Shown: piece after piece, positions 60,908-64,000 of the stretch
How the letters are laid out: the number at the start of each line of letters is the position of its first letter
How positions within the stretch are numbered: position 1 is the stretch's first letter
Origin: Octopus sinensis
Lineage: Eukaryota
NCBI RefSeq assembly: GCF_006345805.1
Contig: NC_043021.1
Coordinates: 12,028,001 to 12,092,000, forward strand
Direction of reading: 5' to 3'
Length of the DNA stretch: 64,000 nt
Program-made: the position numbers and the translations under genes
The notes under the pieces: generated by a model
Databases searched by the model: none
What the model was told of the DNA's origin: nothing
Seen by the model: the letters and a program-made list of their open reading frames with translations, nothing else

Positions 60908-61202
60908 CTGAATATGGGGCAGGAAGAATTGAATTTGCCTTAGCCTGCAGAAGGGTTCCATCTACTCTCTCTTGTCATTCACAGTTGGCTTCAGCTGCCA
61001 TACTTGTTTGTCTCCTTGTTAGCTCATGAAATTTGCTGACTTCGCGTCATAATTAGAAATATTTAATAATGAGAGGGAGGGAGGCAAAAGATTCACCAAT
61101 ATTTCTGAAAAGAGGCCCTAAGGTACAGGTCTCCAGCTCCCTAATCGTGAATCATTTGAGATCGAACTGCACAGAAAGAAAACCAATGTTTAAATTTCAT
61201 AG

Positions 61203-61363
61203 GCGTAGAAGTGGCTATGTGGTAAGTAGCTTGCTTACGAACCACATGGTTCCGGGTTCAGTCCCACTGCTTGGCACCTTGGGCAAGTGTCTTCTATTAT
61301 AGCCTCGGGCCAACCAAAGCTTTGTGAGTGGATTTGGTAGCCGGAAACTGAAAGAAGCATGTC

Positions 61364-61429
<66 letters not shown>

Positions 61430-61570
61430 GTGTGTGTGTAAGTCTATGTATATGTTTGTGTGTCTGTGTTTGTCCCCCCCCCCAACATCGCTTGACAACC
61501 AAAGCTGGCGTGTTTACGTCCCTGTAACTTAGCCGTTTGGCAAAAGAGACCGATAGAATAAGTACTACGC
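61203..61570 (+). mobile_element. SINE family A, 3'-truncated
   Basis: Head and body to gatagaataagtact. Confidence 0.85.
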
Positions 61571-62067
61571 TTATTCACTACTAGCTTAAAAGCTGCACTC
61601 TGTGTGGACTTCTGGGCTAGTTCCTGCGGAAGGCTAAATTGGGCTTTCAGCCTAAAACTGAAGAGAGCAATAATAATAATAAAACATTTATTGGTATCCT
61701 ACCATCTCAGATTTATATCACAGAGTATCACATTCGGAGATCACCGTAAAACAACAGGATGAACAATATTCATTGTTGACAGACAGAATGTCGTGTTTAT
61801 TATTATTATATTTAAGGGAAGTAACTCTTGTAAACTGTTTGAAACCACATATGGTCGTTTTACCTACTAGAAATAGAAGTTCGAATACTCTTACATCAGA
61901 TCCCAAAGCTGGATGTTCAACAACCAAATGTTGATTAGATATTGAATCCCAGGATCATCCTGATTCCAAAAGGGTAAAATATATCTATGTAGAGCAAATG
62001 TTGACTGAGATACAGGGGTTCCGGACACACAGATTTCATTTTTATTTATATAGATTGCACTCTCCAG

Positions 62068-62280
62068 GGACGAGCTGGCAGAATCGTTTTGCGCGCCTGG
62101 CGAAATGCTTCGCAGCATTTCGTCCGTCTTTACGTTCTGAGTTCAAATTCCGCCGGGGTCCACTTTGTCTTTCATCCTTTCGGAATCGATAGAATAAATA
62201 CCACTTAAACACCGGGGTCGATGTAATCGACTCTGCCCCTTCCTCCAAATCCTACTGGACTTGTGCCAAAATTTGAAACC
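62068..62280 (+). mobile_element. SINE family C monomer
   Basis: Head gacgagctggcagaatcg plus body. Confidence 0.8.
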
Positions 62281-62289
62281 ATTTATTGA

Positions 62290-62645
62290 AACTGCGGCCA
62301 TGCTTGAAGGATTTTTTTGCCGAATGAACCGACCCCAGGGCTTATTTTATTTTAAAACATGGTATTTATTCTATTGTTCTCTTTTCCCGATTCACTAAGT
62401 TATGGGGACATAGGCACATCAACACCGGTTGTCAAGTATTGATGGGAGACAAACACACACACACACACACACACGTACGTACATACATATGATGTTCTGT
62501 TTTTAGTTTCTGTCAACCAACTCCACGCACAAAGCTTTGGTCGGATCGAGGCTATAGTAGAAGACACTTGCCCAAGATGGCACGCAGTGGGACTGAACCC
62601 AGAACCATGTGGCTGGGGAACAAACTTCTTACCACACAATCACGC
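62290..62645 (-). mobile_element. SINE family A, diverged
   Basis: Reverse-complement match. Confidence 0.75.
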
Positions 62646-62660
62646 CTGTACTTATATATA

Positions 62661-62715
<55 letters not shown>

Positions 62716-62717
<2 letters not shown>

Positions 62718-62937
62718 AATTAAGGACTGAACACGAAAAGGTGGACAGTCAACATGCTAGATATAGACGTCAAATCGCCATTCTCCACAAGGATTATGTT
62801 CTCAAATAAAAATAAAATTCAGCACGACCTAAAGCAATGGATGAGACAAAAGAAATATACTTAAATGGAATAATTACCTACGTACTGCAGTTTCAGCTAT
62901 TATCACAAGGATATCTGTAGCTTCATCAGCGTAGTTT

Positions 62938-62940
<3 letters not shown>
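62716..62940 (-). mobile_element. Short hammerhead-bearing element between (TA)n tracts
   Basis: ~225 bp non-coding segment containing the 62878-62934 hammerhead. Confidence 0.65.
62878..62934 (-). ncRNA. Type I hammerhead ribozyme, canonical core
   Basis: Minus strand CTACG-CTGATGA-AGCTA(18 nt)TAGCT-GAAA-CTGCAG-TA-CGTAG. Confidence 0.85.
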
Positions 62941-63000
<60 letters not shown>

Positions 63001-63251
63001 TACAGGCGTGAAACTGATTAACAGCTTCATAATAATTTTGCAGCTTTAATAAAAGCATATTACTCTACCTTTGGTATTCGAGTACTATTTTCTTCCACCT
63101 TGTTTTGCATTAACGAGATAATGGCATGGAGTTTGAGCGAGATTTTAACTGCTATTTCTAGTGTATCTCATGATCATGTAGAAGCTCCTTCGGCGACTGT
63201 TGATGTGGACAGAAGCTCATCTCACATCAACACGATGCAAGAGAAATATGT

Positions 63252-63669
63252 TCTCACGGCAGCGAGTTGGCCGAAACGTTAGCACGCCGGGCGAAATACT
63301 TAGCGGCTTTCGTCTGCCGTTACGTTCTGAGTTCAAATTCAGCTGAGGTCGACTTTGCCTTTTATCCTTTCGGGGTCGATAAATTAAGTACCAGTTACGC
63401 ACTGGGGATCGATGTAATCGACTTAATACCTATGTCTGTCCTTTTTTGTCCCCTCTATGTTTAGCCCCTTGTGGATAGTAAAGAAATAGGTATTTCGTCT
63501 GCCGTTACGTTCTGAGTTCAAATTCAGCCGAAGTCGTTTTGCCTTTTAGCCTTTCGGGGTCGATTAAATAAGTACCAGTTACGCACTAGGTCGATGTAAT
63601 CGACTTAATCCCTTTGTCTGTCCTTGTTTGTCCCCTCTATGTTTATCCCCTTGTGAGCAATAAAGAAAA
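63252..63669 (+). mobile_element. SINE family C dimer
   Basis: One head plus two bodies; 10-bp TSD agaaatatgt. Confidence 0.9.
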
Positions 63670-63685
63670 AGAAATATGTGCTTAC

Positions 63686-63721
<36 letters not shown>

Positions 63722-64000
63722 ACTAAATTATATATCATGCCCTTTATTGCGTGATCCCCTTCTCTGTTCGTGGAAAAATTGTCTTCCAAAAAACCGGTCC
63801 GTGATATGATTAGGGCGTTTAAAGACGATACGAAATGACAGACGTGCGAAAGTTTAGAGTTGCCTTGACTTATCTCCCTTGTATCATATTGATGTGAGTG
63901 ATGAGTTTCTGTTCACATAAAGGAGTCGCTACTTGATCATATACTAGAAATAGCAGCTAACATACTCACTCAAACTCCATTCTACTGTCTTGGAAACACA

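Noticed and set aside
61620-61670. CTGCGGA-AGGCT...AGCCT-AAAACT hammerhead-like fold
   Set aside because: Several core mismatches and no cleavage triplet.

Overview
AT-rich, repeat-dense animal genomic DNA. It is most likely from an octopod cephalopod, inferred from the SINE families, the mollusc-type 5S remnant and the abundant (TA)n/(CA)n tracts. Only one gene is confidently recognisable: dynein light chain LC8 (DYNLL/ctp; CDS 38042-38311, + strand). It has an upstream non-coding exon and a promoter with two CCAAT boxes and RFX X-box motifs, and it sits in a transposon-poor island. An unrecognised multi-exon minus-strand gene probably converges on it (open frames with splice signals at about 39.6-42.9 kb), and weaker minus-strand exon candidates lie at 4-14 kb. 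The rest is dozens of tRNA-derived SINE copies (labelled here A, B, C, plus repeat D), RTE LINE 3' ends, Tc1/mariner, pogo, hAT, Merlin-like and Helentron-type non-autonomous elements, two Merlin transposase remnants and a ~4.95-kb satellite of 16-bp units. The most interesting signals are several short, non-coding, (TA)n-embedded elements carrying Penelope/retrozyme-type type I hammerhead ribozymes. One has an intact canonical core (62878-62934), one has a compensatory U3-A8 core inside a 364-bp terminally redundant monomer (1773-2169), and one family has a U6 core variant. Also notable are a 5S rRNA pseudogene split by a nested MITE/MITE/SINE tandem array, and a satellite that begins inside Merlin transposase codons. 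Coordinates were read by eye; repeat boundaries are approximate and no database searches were run.
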